A DNA stretch of 61,022 nucleotides, the filler included, from Catajapyx aquilonaris (taxonomy: Eukaryota): NCBI GenBank assembly GCA_000934665.2. It is 3 parts of 3 records of this genome, joined end to end, with 100 filler letters (N's around TTAATTAATTAA, not from the genome) between each part and the next. Parts side by side here need not be neighbours in the genome. Positions count along the whole stretch, not along the records: positions 20,371 to 40,649 come from JYFJ02006303.1; positions 40,750 to 61,022 come from JYFJ02006304.1; 1 more part is not named here. One strand, written 5' to 3'. Positions 27,901 to 40,849 of this stretch are shown here, one piece after another. The stretch's first letter is position 1. The number at the start of each line of letters is the position of its first letter. The notes below the pieces were generated by a model, which worked only from the letters and a program-made list of their open reading frames with translations, made no database searches and was not told the DNA's origin. The translations under genes were made by a program, and so were the position numbers.

Positions 27901-28823
27901 TCGTTGTAGGTATTGGACCATTTTGAGGACACACATTCTGACACAGTTTCTTGTGATCCACATTCATGGTTTCACCGTCACATAACTAATGACTACCAGA
28001 CTAAAGTGGTGCTGATTACGTCAGCAGGGATGGTCAGCGTAGAGGATATTGTTATGCGTGACCGAGACCAAAAGGAGGTGCAACTCACACAACAAAGTGG
28101 ATTGGATAACATGGTTATCCTAGCTGTGAAAATGGTGGCTCAACTGCATAAGCAAGCAGAAAGAGTCATTGTTGTAAGGTAAATGGTTTGATGCAGGATT
28201 AACATTTATGTGGGGAAATGATCACTGTGCACATAACATGCAATGCACAGAAATGGAATTCTTCAAACATACGGTATAATTATAATCTTAAAGTTTGTGA
28301 ATGCGCTGCACAACACTGCATTTCATATGTTATCAATTTTGTTGCTACTAGTGAATTTATTTTTGGCATCAAGAATATTTTGTAGTGTAAACTGATGCGT
28401 TCATTTTCATTCATACAGTACATGAAATTTACTTTCAGCTTTGATGGGATTACACCAACGGCTGAGTCTCTGACATATTTCAGTCACAATAGATGCCTTG
28501 TACTTCCAAAGCGTATTGCTGACCTTATAAAACACATTTACAGGTAATTCCATGAGTAAATAGACAATTTACTCTCAGTCAGTGATAAGATAAGAGTTTG
28601 TGGCGCCTATTGACCTGAAATCATGAGTTGCATTCATATCATTTTATCTACCCTCTCTTTTATCAGGGCACCTGATGAATTTGTACGAGGTTTAATGTCA
28701 TCTGGAGATTTTAAGGAGGCATACAAACTGTTTCTTCACAACATTATGGTGGAGAAAAATGAGCAACTGAGTCAAGAGGCCCAAGAAGGAAGGATTTATC
28801 TGTCGAGGATATCAACTGTCTGA
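24955..28823 (+). CDS. IL-17 receptor-like single-pass receptor with SEFIR domain, ~648 aa, 13 exons: 24955-25035, 25227-25275, 25340-25477, 25534-25734, 25874-26261, 26596-26740, 26797-26850, 27007-27082, 27419-27565, 27626-27762, 27910-28178, 28439-28543, 28667-28823
   Basis: Signal peptide MLCWWGVILVVVLVKA; Cys-rich ectodomain with two FN3-like motifs (FDDLTAGCYCVGI, FNELQPGNYCIRVRP); TM LVYVFVVIFLVVVILCGVGY; SEFIR-like KIVLLYTRDS...LKAANCKVLDHF...DPHSW...KVVLITSAG...RVIVVSFD...LVLPKRIADLIKHI. All introns GT-AG and in phase (1947 nt). The last exon end is the least certain part. Confidence 0.8.
27155..27359. mobile_element. Tc1/mariner-superfamily (pogo/Tigger-like) MITE in intron 8 of the SEFIR gene
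   Basis: TIRs CAGTTGAATCAGGATACAACAG / CTGTTATATCCGGAGTCAACTG, followed by TA on the right; internal subterminal TGTTATA.CC repeats. Confidence 0.65.
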
Positions 28824-30025
28824 TTACAAATAATAGTTTGCATGATCCTTACTTTTCTTTTCATTCATTTAGATTTGAGCAGTGCACAACTCCACATATT
28901 CTATGTAAAATCTGTTCATTTTATGTAAGTGTCATTTAATGGCACCGTTTTGATATGATAACGACCAGTTGTATTGAGTCAAATATTGGGGAGAAAATCA
29001 CTGATTATAATGTCAATGCCTACACAAAATTGTTGATTTTCTTTAATTTGCATTCATAAAGCTGGTCCATTGTCGTGTTTTTATGCAGAAAGTTTAGGAC
29101 TGCTTTGTAGCATAAAGATAGCATCATGTCTTCACTGTATAAAGGTGCACTGGTTGAAAATTCCTGCAGGAAAATTAAGATCTGAGAAACTGCACAGAAT
29201 GGATGAAGCAACCAATGAGAACATGTCTCACTTGCAGAAACAGCAAATGTGTTCATTTTTCCACATGATTTTGCCATGAAAAAAACCAAGGATTAGTGTG
29301 CTAACTTTTTCTTGTCTGAATTTAACTGCAGTAATTTTTAGCTGGTGTAATATGAGCTCATCTTATGAAAAGACCTATTGATACTGCACTTTGGCCATTA
29401 AGGAATTACAAGTAGATTATGCCATTGACTAATAGCTTGCGAATAGGTTATACCAGGAACTCATAAAGATTGGCCTTGGTGATACTGAAATATGTGGAAA
29501 AAAGCATTAAACCATTTTAACTTATAAGTAATCAACTGATGATGTAAAGCATTTTCTTTTGCAAAGCTGTATCTCTAAGATTAAAATATTTGTAGATACA
29601 GTATTTAAAATTTTAAAATTATAACTGCATTATTCCACTCACAAATTGTGGGTCGACCTTTTAACCCGCAGTGAGAGTGGGAACACCCAGCAGCCACTAT
29701 CTTCCTCATCATGGCATGAAGGTCAATGGGCCAATGCCAATCCTGCTGAAACTCCATATTACACCCACAATTGAATTTTTGTCCCACTGGTAGTTGCACT
29801 TGTAAAACAGCTGCCAATGTAAAAATTATGCTACAGGCTGGCAACTAATTTATTGCAATACAGCCTATTAAGTTGTGTTTTAAGTACAAAAATAGATTGA
29901 TAACGTGAACTTTAACATGAACTTTTGTTGTGCTGAGCGCAAAATAGGGCAGAACCCCTCATACTGGTACACACAACATGTCTTGTAACATGAATGTGAA
30001 ACCCACTGTTGATGCAAGCTGTCAC

Positions 30026-30867
30026 TCAGCCGGCCTGAGGCATCTCATGCAGCTTGACATCCTGATCATTACCATCATTGCATATATTGACATCACGGTC
30101 TTCGATAAGCGTCTGGACGTCATCCTCGGTGTCAGGCCAGTCCTCCAGAAGCCAGTCCAGATTGGCCTTCTTAACCTGCCTGGATGCATCCAGCGGCTCA
30201 CCCGACCTCTTCTTCAGGACCCTGCTGCTCTCTCCACATTCTCCTGGCTGGGTCGAATGGATGTCACCACCGTCACCTTTCTGACCTATCCTCCTGGCCT
30301 GTTCCAACCTCTCCTTCTCCAGGGAATCTGACATGCCCTTCAAAAGGTCCCTGGACTTGGGCTGAGTCTCTGGGGTATGGAACCTTCTCTGCAGGACGCC
30401 CAGACAGGACATGTACTCACCACAGAGCCAAAGAATATCCTGTGAATTTCAATATTTTACAATATTGACAATACTGGATGACTTCCACGACTGATTTTGC
30501 AGTGTTACACAATAATTTCTATTAACTGTCCCTAATAATATGACAGAGTGAAGAAATATTTGTTCCCTGAGTAGTAAAAACTTGCACTTGAGAGTTGCGA
30601 GAATTTTCAGTCTCGTATTGCTCACAAAATTTATTATTTAACTTAAAAACAATAATATATGGTTGCGCAACAATATGTGGCCACACACACTGCAACGTAG
30701 AATCATGTTTACGCGTGTTTTAAACTGTATTAAAAATGTAATTCTCGAACAATATGACTCAAAAAATAATATTCGCCACCATTGTCAGCAAAATGCCAAT
30801 AAAAATAATTCTGATAAGTTACCTCATAGTCTGGAGCCTCTGGAAGATCAAAGCGGCAGGGAGCCAT
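30026..30867 (-). CDS. Uncharacterised ~152-aa protein (coding exons 30867-30823 and 30439-30026; probable 5' UTR exon ending ~30991)
   Basis: MAPCRFDLPEAPDYE|DILWLCGEYMSCLGVLQRR...LDWLLEDWPDTEDD...AG*; canonical in-phase splice sites; GC-richer than its flanks; no recognisable domain. Confidence 0.5.
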
Positions 30868-33800
30868 CGCTTTGTCGTTTGTTAATATTCTGCAAGCCCA
30901 ATATATTAGGTAGGATAGTGAGACGATGATTCCACTTGTCTAATAATTATTATGTGCAGTAATTGGCAGGATAATTGCAGAAAGGCTTACCTTCGTCTGG
31001 AACACCGCAGTAGTTCTGGAATGGAGCGAAAACGTTCGGATGGGGACGGTTTGCCAGGTGCAGCGGTATCTACCTCTCAAGCAGGTGTTGCCAGGTGAAT
31101 GCCGTCCAATTTGGAACAGAAGATAACAATTTATATAATTATCGCTTTCTTCTTAAAACTTGTATCACCATGCAGGGTCCATCATTACATCCGAATTCGG
31201 TTGGATCTCAAATATTTGATTCATATAATATCCAATGAACCCATTATTTATTCGCCATTCTCAGTTTTGGCCGTTCAATCGAACACGACAAAGGTCATTG
31301 ACCCTGGGCTTCCAGACAAATGGCCAGACAAATGTCGCGCTATATATGTTACGTAACATATAGCCTACATTTCGACTTTAATGTCATAGTAAGTGCCGTA
31401 CTGTATTTGCTCTTGATCTGGCATCAGAGGAATCACTGAAAATCTTTTAGTTAGGTTACAGCAACTATAAAAACTTCACTTGCTATAAAGACAACTACAT
31501 ATTTAGTAACATATATTATGCAGACCCTCGGTACTATAGATTCTTTTAATTGCAATGCTTTGGTTGTGATAACTAAATTTATTGTGTGAAATTGCTCTGA
31601 ATTAATATTCAATCACAAATTGAGTGGATGCAGAACAAAATCTTTATAGTTGCCTCTGTATAGGCCTACACTGTATGCTACAGCACTGAAACCTTTCTCA
31701 TCGTCCTACTCAGTAGGCTACTCAGGTAAGGCCTATTAAATACCGGTACAAGTACTGTGCTCTACATGCCTAAAAGTTTTTACAAACCATCATAAAGTCT
31801 GTATGGGGAATTTATATGATTAAGCGTGTTGTAATAATTATTGCACTATGTAACACCTGTTGTGGGAAGTATGCCAGAACCTGAAGAAAAAGTGGCCACA
31901 ATGTTTCAGATTAACATTACATGAAAACTGGATACATAAAGAATCCCTATATATATTACAGCTTGAAAATGTCGAAGGACCTAGCAGATTGCACTGATAA
32001 CAAAATAATTATCAATGCTATTTCCACAGTAAATATTATTACTCGTGTTTATTTTGTTTTTTCTCTTACGCATGAAAATGTAAGATTTGATGAGTTACAC
32101 AATGATAAAAACCAAGGTCCTGAAGAGGATATTACGTATAGTCAAGAAATTTAATGGCCCAGCTATGTGTATAGCCTCAGTATAGAACTTCGGTACCGTA
32201 TAATATGAACTGTGTTTATGACTTTCGACGAGGTCATTGGAGACTTCTTGATCAGATCTAGGAAATGAGCACAACGCACATTGCGGAAGGTCATCACTCA
32301 CCACAGTCTAATAAAAACGTGGATTACCTTGGTGAGTGACCCATGCTACGAAGAAGCATTATACTGTAGGCCTACTACTGTAGCCTACAAGTATGCAGTG
32401 CATTATAAGCAAATCCTGACTGTATTTTCAATGAGTTTTGGCATGAATCATCCCGTTAGGTAGGCCTACACTAATAACTTAGTTCCGTTGAAAATTATAT
32501 AGCATGAGTTCTCAAAACACAATTATTTTTTTCTTCTCGCCCCTCAAGCTGTTTTATTTCCGTCAGGCATAAAAAAAATCCAAGGTGAGTAGGTTTACTG
32601 CAATGCACATAGACCCTATTCCGCGTTCTTTTGGCTTATGAATCAGTCACTCTCTTATAAGTCAACAATATTATTCTGTACTTCAGTATACTGCTTTTCT
32701 TCATTCATCACAGTTTCTAGGCGCTGTGCACAGGACGGTGCAGTCTCCAAGTCCCCAGTTAAAGCATGTAAGTTAATTGTTCATGGACTGACTACGGAAG
32801 CAACGATGTTAAATATATACATCAATTACCGAAAGTGATTGTGGGCATGACTCGTGCTAACAGATTGATTTCCTTTAAACTGGTCGCTGGAAAATACTGA
32901 ATAGGTCTGCTTGTCGTATAGATACCGGTACTTTTTAATCTTCAGATTAATGTAAAGTTAGTAGTAGCTGGAGCTATATACACAGCAGTTATGGAGTGTA
33001 ATGGAGTTATTCTAACCACGACCTTCAAGGAAATTAATGCTGATGATAATTAATAAGACTGAAATGGGAGGTGGAGAGATAGAGATGCATTTTCGCACCT
33101 AATGGTTCATGAAAATAATGTGAAATATATTGTATTCCACTATTCCACTGCTCTTTTTGGCGTTCTAACAAATAATAAGGTGTAATCATGCAGACAGGTA
33201 CTCAAAAGTGTGTTTATGAAGGCAAAAACCTATTTACGACACAGAACTATACTATCAGTAGTGCAATCTCCGTATCATGAAAGGAAGCACGTTACAGTAT
33301 ACTGGTAACTCCGAAACATGTGTCAGTCTTGAAGTCGCCACTGGACTTGTCATATCGCCGGTAAGGTCAATATTATTTTAGCATATTTCTTTTCTGTAAA
33401 GGAAGACGCAAATGATCGGGGGGATGCATATATGCCAAGATATTATTGACGATATACGATATCGTATATCATGCGATTGAAGCCTGAGTCAACACGTTCA
33501 GCAAAAAATTAATCGCGTAGAGAACATATTTCCATTTTAGGCATATTGTGCGAAAGAAATATGCGAAAAAGATTGCACAGAAAATTCGTAATGTCAAGAA
33601 CATTCGCCAGAAATCTGTGAGAGCAATTTATAGTAAGTTACATTTTTTGTGCAGAAGATGTAAGACGTATACCGGTATCGTACTTATTAATCTTGAGAAA
33701 AATATACGTAGTAGAACGTGGGTTTTGCGTCCAAGTTGAATAATGAGAAGAACATCGATGTTTTATTGCATATTAGTCAAACAAGTCCTTGAAAATGAAT

Positions 33801-34138
33801 TAATACCATTTTTTAATTTTTTAATTCACACCTCCTCTTTGATTGGAATACTGTAGCCTACGACATAAACATGCATGTAATTTAATTATATATTATTATT
33901 TTTACAACATGCCTTCTTCGCGTGCACTTCTCTCGTATGTGTTATCTTTGAAGGCTTCACCGGATGTAACCTGCAATATATTATTTTCACAGTCAAGTAA
34001 CGACATACAGTGTTTGTAATATTTATATATTTTATCAGTCTCTCTGTGTATTTGCACAAAACTTTACATGAAATAAGAAAGAAAGAAATATTTTGTTAAG
34101 AAAACCACGAGAAATAGTTACAAATATGATATAATAAT

Positions 34139-34392
34139 GGATAACCCGTGATAGGCCTCCTTGGGCCTCTTAGGGAATCATCTTTTAAATACCCGACTTT
34201 AATCATTGCATTTTCTGTGATGGATTTTGATAACGGGAGGAAACGGGAGAACCCCGAGAAAACCTACGCGAACACAGAGAGAACCCATCGAAACTCTATC
34301 CACCTAAGTATCCTCCGTCCGACCCGGGGATCGAACTCGGGACCATAGAGGTGGAAGGCTGCGGCGCTAACCACTCGGCCACCGTGTTGCCC
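34139..34392 (-). mobile_element. tRNA-derived SINE with a V-domain-like core
   Basis: Minus strand: A box TGGCCGAGTGG, B box GAGTTCGATCC, core GAGTTTCGATGGGTTCTCTCTGTGTTCGCGTAGGTTTTCTCGGGGTTCTCCCGTTTCCTCCC. Flanked by a ~21-bp TSD TTACAAATAT(G/T)ATATAATAAT at 34118 and 34393. Confidence 0.85.
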
Positions 34393-34951
34393 TTACAAAT
34401 ATTATATAATAATAATAATCATAAATATGACAGGCTACAAAAATGAACTGCCATAATATCACTGACCTATAGAATCTAGAATTTTGATTAGCAGAATGAA
34501 ATTCACTATATTTTCATTACAATGCATGACCGACGCTCATGCAACCTACTCCAGCGCATACGAGCATTTTAATGTAATTCCCAATTCCCACACCAGTACT
34601 TTATATGCACTACTTTTTTGGTCTCCTTCGTCTAATATTGTTTATGACTACAATATAGAAAGTTACTTTAAAAATGAATGATTTAAAAACTTTCCCGACC
34701 TTAATATTATGTATATAGGCCTATCATACTATTCAGTGAAAATGTTGACGAAGTGATGATATGCGAGAAAAGCAAGTATGGAAAGTTATTAGGTTATTGC
34801 TGAGTCACTTGTTAATAACAATACCGGTATATTACATTGCAGGAAATAATATTTTTGAATGTCAGAGGGGAAAATGAGTTTCATAATTCAGTGATGCAAT
34901 GAAAACGGAAATTTAAAAGCTTTTTTATATGCACCTGATGATTACACATAT

Positions 34952-35819
34952 CCTCCTGAGACCCGAGAAGAATTTCGTAACACAATGTCAGTTCTTGTTG
35001 CATTTTCTGAACATTTTCCCATTAAAAAACGAGAAAAAATTATAGTTCTATATTAAAGACAAATAAAACAATGAGCCCAGTCCATTAGGACTCAATTGCT
35101 GCTGCAAAGGCAGAACAGATGAAAGTTGAAAATTTAAATGCCACTTAATGGATGACTAACATAGTGCTCTGCCCTCCGAACAATGTTTTTTACATTCATT
35201 TGTGGAATTCGTGGTAGCAATTATTCGTCTCGGAAGACAATTAAATATAAACTGCAATTATTTTTCAAGGCCAAAACTTTAGGTATTTGGGGATTTCTCC
35301 TTCTCTTATACGCCCTAGCTTGGTATCTCGCTATACTAGATTTTAAAACTGAACTGTAGTGCAAAGTACACTCCCTTGTGGGTGTATAGGCGGTATAGTA
35401 CATGCACGTAAAGAAAAATTACACCCCATTCAGCGAAAAATATTTTCCCCGGATGTCCATTTAAATCGTGTGCATCTCAGCAGGTCAAGAAAATTACCAG
35501 TTCTCTCCAGCAACAAAGATTGTCACATACACTTCTCTTTGCATTTCCTAATACCGTACACATTCCTTTCAAATCCCAGGACATTCACTGCATTTCGAAA
35601 ATCGCACTCTAAATATGAGTTTAAAAAAAAATAAAACTTCGCAGATGAGCTCCTAGCATCCGCGCCATTTTCATGGGTGATTTAATTTTTGGCCACACAT
35701 ATTGAGGCCAGGTTGTAATAAAATGGGCCAACAGATAACAGTTCTGTTGGCATCACTAGTTGGCGCCATTTTTTTTTGTTCCTGTCGTCATAATTATGTC
35801 GACATCAGGTCTCAGGAGG
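34952..35819. mobile_element. Non-autonomous DNA transposon with 12-bp TIRs and ATAT flanks (piggyBac-like CC...GG ends)
   Basis: ATAT|CCTCCTGAGACC ... GGTCTCAGGAGG|ATAT; no internal ORF. Confidence 0.7.
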
Positions 35820-37995
35820 ATATGATGATCCTGTGCCTGTGGCTGTTCGACTGAGAGGTAGCAATAAGAGTGGAATTTCCATCCCTAACTTGGCTCAACA
35901 CCGTCGCCTTGCTGGTCTTCGTCGAGCTCTTTACAAGATGTTTACAAAAAATATTTGTTCAAATACACTGTATTATTGCGGGTGTATATGTGATCATGTC
36001 ATTGCTATCATATTCAGCGCATATTCATCACCTTCATTGATACTCTGCGTGGCCTGACCAGTCACCAGAGGGGTCATTATGATGGTCTTAACGTGGTCAG
36101 GTAATACCTGAACACTACTGGCTCCCCTCTACATGGGAACTAATGCCGTGAAGAAATGTATGTACAGTATGTGTGAAATTATGATTATAGGCTACATGAT
36201 TATTTTCTCATGGCCACAAGAATCTGTTGCGGCATACGCTATACCATTAACTGTTTTTATTAGAAGTTACATCATAAATGGCTCCTTCTTATATCTTATG
36301 GATTTCTCCACACTTAATCTTTCTCAAGCACAGCATCCGCTTCAGCTTGGCTCTTAATCAGAATTTTCAGTCTCTGCAACCCGCGCTCTACACTCCAGGA
36401 TATGTGTAGGCCTACATCATTCCTTTAATTTTGAAATCAAATAAGCCCACATCATATCAAAAACATATTATGTATTTTATTGTACAGGCAACTTGTGATT
36501 TACTGTGATTGGATAACGTCTAATTGGCAAGAGCACTCGGCAGTTGGGCTAAAATCTCCCATCATGTCTTGTTTTTGATGGCCTGGATGTTACTGTCCAA
36601 CTGCAAATTTTTATAATACACCCTTATTATATCGTGCTAATTTTATATGCCTAAGTTATATAATTTTTAATGCTATACTTGCGTATAATAATCGTGACGA
36701 GGGCTTATCAAACGGAGTGAAACATGTATAGGGTGTAGTACCTCGGTGTACCTCCAATGAGATAGTAAACAGCACTCCACTTGTGAGATATGTATCATGA
36801 TTATTTTATGCAAATGCAATATGGCGTCAACAATTTCCCAAATCACTCGTCCTCTTAATAATGATTATTAAATAACCACTTATTTTATTTACTTGTTCGG
36901 CCCATATCCCTACTGCCACCTCCGGCCACCATATACTCTAAGATATTTTGACTATTTTCCATTTGCACAAACTACTACCATAAACCTACCCTTGAGGAAC
37001 ACGTGCCAGGCAATGAAATAATAACCTTAATATTGGCCAAGTCAAATATCTTCAAGTTTTTAAAACATTTTGTCCCTTTTTCTTACCTCAACTACGCGTA
37101 ACAAGCATAATGAGTAGATAATAATTGAAATTTTACCGAAGGAAATGTCTGCTTCTCACTTATTACTCTGTAGAAAATAGGACTATAACATCGACACTCT
37201 CACAAGTAGAATACGCGTAGGTATTACAATTGGCCATAATTGATTTGCCTGATTTTCATGCATGGAATTGTTTGTGATGTCTCCATAATTACACATTGGA
37301 GATCCTTGCATTCTACGGCTACATTTAAAAAAATATCCTCTGCTAAAGCCAGTGTTGTTCGTACAGTATGTGGGTTCGTATAAGAGTGACGAATATAATA
37401 AGTTTTCGCAGGATTAACATGCAAAGTAGTCCTACACTTACGCATGATATGAATGAGACTATATGGGAACAGCGGCATACAACAACTCATGTCGACTCAT
37501 CAGCCTCCAGGATCGTTAAAAAATTATTTTGCTAGTCTAGGAAAAATAAGTAAGTTTTACAGTATTATCGCAAAAAAGTAAGTGAATAGAATCAAGATGT
37601 GGGGGTAAGGGTGGGAGGGAGGGAAGAAAGGAAGTGAAAAATATATAACTGAACAGAAGAAGCCAGTTGGAAGCTGGTTGGAAGCAAAACTTAATCGCAT
37701 ATATCCTTCTCTGAAAAGACTGGTTACATAGAAACTCTACTGTCTACTGCTGAGGTAAAGAAATTAAATCATTTCTGTCACTTATTTGTTTCAGGACACC
37801 TTTAATGTTTATTATAACTTATAAGACATGTTATTATGAATGCACATCTGTAAATCATTCAGAGGAATTAAATGTATAAGAATTTTATATCATTAATATA
37901 TTATTATATTATCATTTCAGTTCACTGCTCAGCTGAACAACCGGGACCTAACTACTATATATGCTATAATAACGTAGGCAAGTTTCAAGTTCAAA

Positions 37996-38138
37996 ATGGT
38001 AATTTCCCCTGAGAGGTCTGTGATTGTGCGTAATGCCTGCAAGAAGTACGGCAATGGGCAAGGCAATGGGAAAAATGCCCACAATGTATTTCAAAATATG
38101 GAGATTGACGTTCATTCAGGAACCATGTAAGCATTCCC

Positions 38139-38216
<78 letters not shown>

Positions 38217-40481
38217 CAATAAATCAATAAATAAGTAAATAAATAAAATAACACAAGCAGAACAAGAGAAAGATATGATTGTCATGATGGCTGAGAGGAT
38301 GTTTGTTATACTTGCTCGAGAACTGTGACTGTAAATCTCATTTTGTAGTTGTATAACATACTGGTGGTGCGTAAAAAAGGTCTCAGGTTTTTTTAAATTT
38401 TCAGCTACGCCCTTCTGGGTGCGAGCGGATCTGGCAAGACGACTCTTCTCACCTGTTTGATGGGCATGAGGAATCTGGATTCTGGACAGATCACAGTCTT
38501 CGGATGCCAGCCAGGGACAAAAGGGTGCGGCGTACCTGGACACAGGGTCGGATACATGCCCCAGGAGACATCTCTCATCATGACCTTTTGCACACGGGAG
38601 ATGATGGTCTACTTCGGCCGTCTGTACGGAATGAGCGACCAAAGCATACTGGACAGGATGGGATTCATGGCCACGTTTCTGAAGCTGCCCAGTCTGAACC
38701 GGACCATCCACACTCTGAGTGGAGGTCAGCAGAGAAGAGTGTCGTTGGCAATTGCTCTCTTGCATGACCCCCAATTGCTCATTTTGGACGAACCGACAGT
38801 TGGGGTCGACACCTTGCTCAGACAAACGTACGTTTTTTTGTGGTCTTCGTGGGACATCATGATTTAATTAATGAGCTGATTGTTTCAGGATATGGGACAA
38901 TCTCAGAGAGCTTACCGTGAAGAAAAGCATTACAGTCATTCTCACAACGCACTATACAGAGGAAGCTGCACGTGCAGATGTTGTTGGGTTCATGCGAAAC
39001 GGTCGATTGTTGGCACAGGACACTCCTGAAAGTATTTTGCGACTTCATGGCGAAACTAGTTTGGAGAAAGTTTTTCTGGCTCTCTGCAAGAAGGAATGTG
39101 GGATTTCCAGTGGTAGAATCATCACGTCTCTCGGTAATGATAACGGTTTGGTAATATGCTGCGTAAAGATTCAACCTTCTATGGACCAGTAAATCACTTT
39201 TATGTACGAGACTTATCATTTGGTACCATAAGCCTCATTACCGATATAGGAGTATTTAAAAAATGATGTCTCGCCTTATTAATATCATGAACCAAATTAT
39301 AGCAGAGACACGTGCTGCGGATGGTGTAATTATGGAGACATCATTGCCGAATATTCCATGCCCAACCACTACATCCATTAGGAACCACGTTGAAGCGATG
39401 CTGTTGAGAAACTTGAGACGTGTTCGCCACAATATCATGTAAGCATTCGAGTGTAATGTACATTGTGTCACATTCGCCATCAGCAACGTCATTTTTTCAT
39501 GACATTTGCATCAGATTGTCATTGTGCTTCGTGATGTTTCCTTTCCTGATGGTTGCCATGGGGTTGGTGGTAATTGGTGGCAACTTCAAATCTCTTCGCT
39601 TCGGTGTTGTCAATCACGAATGGTCCCATGAACCCATCTGCAAGCCACTGGATGAGTGTCTTTTCGTCAATCTCAGCTGTAGCTATTTGGCTCATTTTGA
39701 CCACACGCTGGTCAGATTGGTAGGTAATGCTCTGTTATAGGAGGAAAATAATATCGCCCTCATTAAAATATAATGCATATTATTTACAATTACAGGAAGC
39801 ATATGCGGATGAGAGTTCTGCATTACAAGCTGCTGAAAATGGCCAGTCCTGGGGATACATCACATTTCCTAGAAATTACTCGGATTCAATCACCAAACGC
39901 TTGCTGGATGTACAAGTAAATGCAGCTGATGAAGGGGTATTGATCAATTCGGTTGCCGTTGTCAAATTGGACAATACTGGTACGAAACATAACAACGAGA
40001 TATTTCTAATGGTTCCCAGCGTACTTATATGATATATTTTGAACCTTTTTTTGTGGGGGACAGTTGGACTACTGTCTCTCAGATTGCAACAGGATTTGCT
40101 GCAAAGTTTTGAAAAGTTTAACAGAGAAGTGCTGTCTATGTGTGGTATGAATACCCAACTCTCAAAACCATTTATTCAGGTACAGTATACGTTTTTCAGT
40201 TTTGCGTGTTGTTATTACAATGTTCTATGTGTCACTTATTAGGCGTACCTATATTGTCACTACAAAACAACGTTGTTTTTGGCAAATTTCTTATTACTCA
40301 TCATCCTTGAACATTAAAAGTAACCTGATTTGTATAGAAAAAAAGTAGTTATGCAAATGAAATTTCCCGTCACTTGACTTTTTCCTATCATAATTAATGT
40401 GTTCTAATTACAGCTTAGCAAGGCCTTGGGACCAGAAAAGCCGACTTATCAACATTTTCTATTTCCAGGATTGTTAGCGAA
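37996..40481 (+). CDS. ABC half-transporter, subfamily H (often annotated ABCG23-like); 3' truncated by the contig end. Exons 37996-38126, 38405-38827, 38889-39112, ~39306-39438, 39515-39719, 39796-39979, 40064-40179, 40414-40481
   Basis: Walker A YALLGASGSGKTT; ABCH-typical PGTKGCGVPGHRVGYMPQE; signature LSGGQQRRVS; Walker B LLILDEPTVGVD; H-loop TTHYTEEA; then a TM helix and FGVVNHE luminal loop, giving NBD-TMD order. Confidence 0.92.
38140..38213. repeat. (AAT)n microsatellite in ABCH intron 1
   Basis: About 24 perfect TAA/AAT units. Confidence 0.97.
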
Positions 40482-40649
40482 GTAAGTAACAGCTCGAATT
40501 AAATTCCACATATAATAATGTAGCCTATACATCACTACAACTACTATAAGCCCTTGCAAGTTACATTTAATCAGTCTCACTGTCAGTTTAATGGTTTATG
40601 CTGTATAAACTGCCATAAATTTGCCAAGATGAAATAATAGCATACTGTA

Positions 40650-40749
40650 NNNNNNNNNNNNNNNNNNNNNNNNNNNNNNNNNNNNNNNNNNNNTTAATTA
40701 ATTAANNNNNNNNNNNNNNNNNNNNNNNNNNNNNNNNNNNNNNNNNNNN
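40650..40749. other. Artificial contig linker (N44-TTAATTAATTAA-N44)
   Basis: Same 100-bp structure as 20271-20370. The three segments are 20270, 20279 and 20273 bp, consistent with concatenated contigs of similar length. Confidence 0.97.
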
Positions 40750-40849
40750 GGCGTGATTTTTCCGATTAACCGTCCGTTTCGCCACAAAAAATAAAATTCC
40801 CTCAAAAATGCGCCTACCGTATTTTTACTCATGCGCCCCCTTAATAGGA

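Noticed and set aside
28789..28930. Non-canonical GA-AG intron extending the SEFIR gene to an acceptor at 28872
   Set aside because: There is a good acceptor but no GT donor; this cannot be supported without RNA-seq, so the in-frame TGA at 28823 was kept.
38112..38825. 237-aa minus-strand ORF with poly-Tyr
   Set aside because: Antisense shadow of ABCH exon 2 plus the (AAT)n microsatellite.
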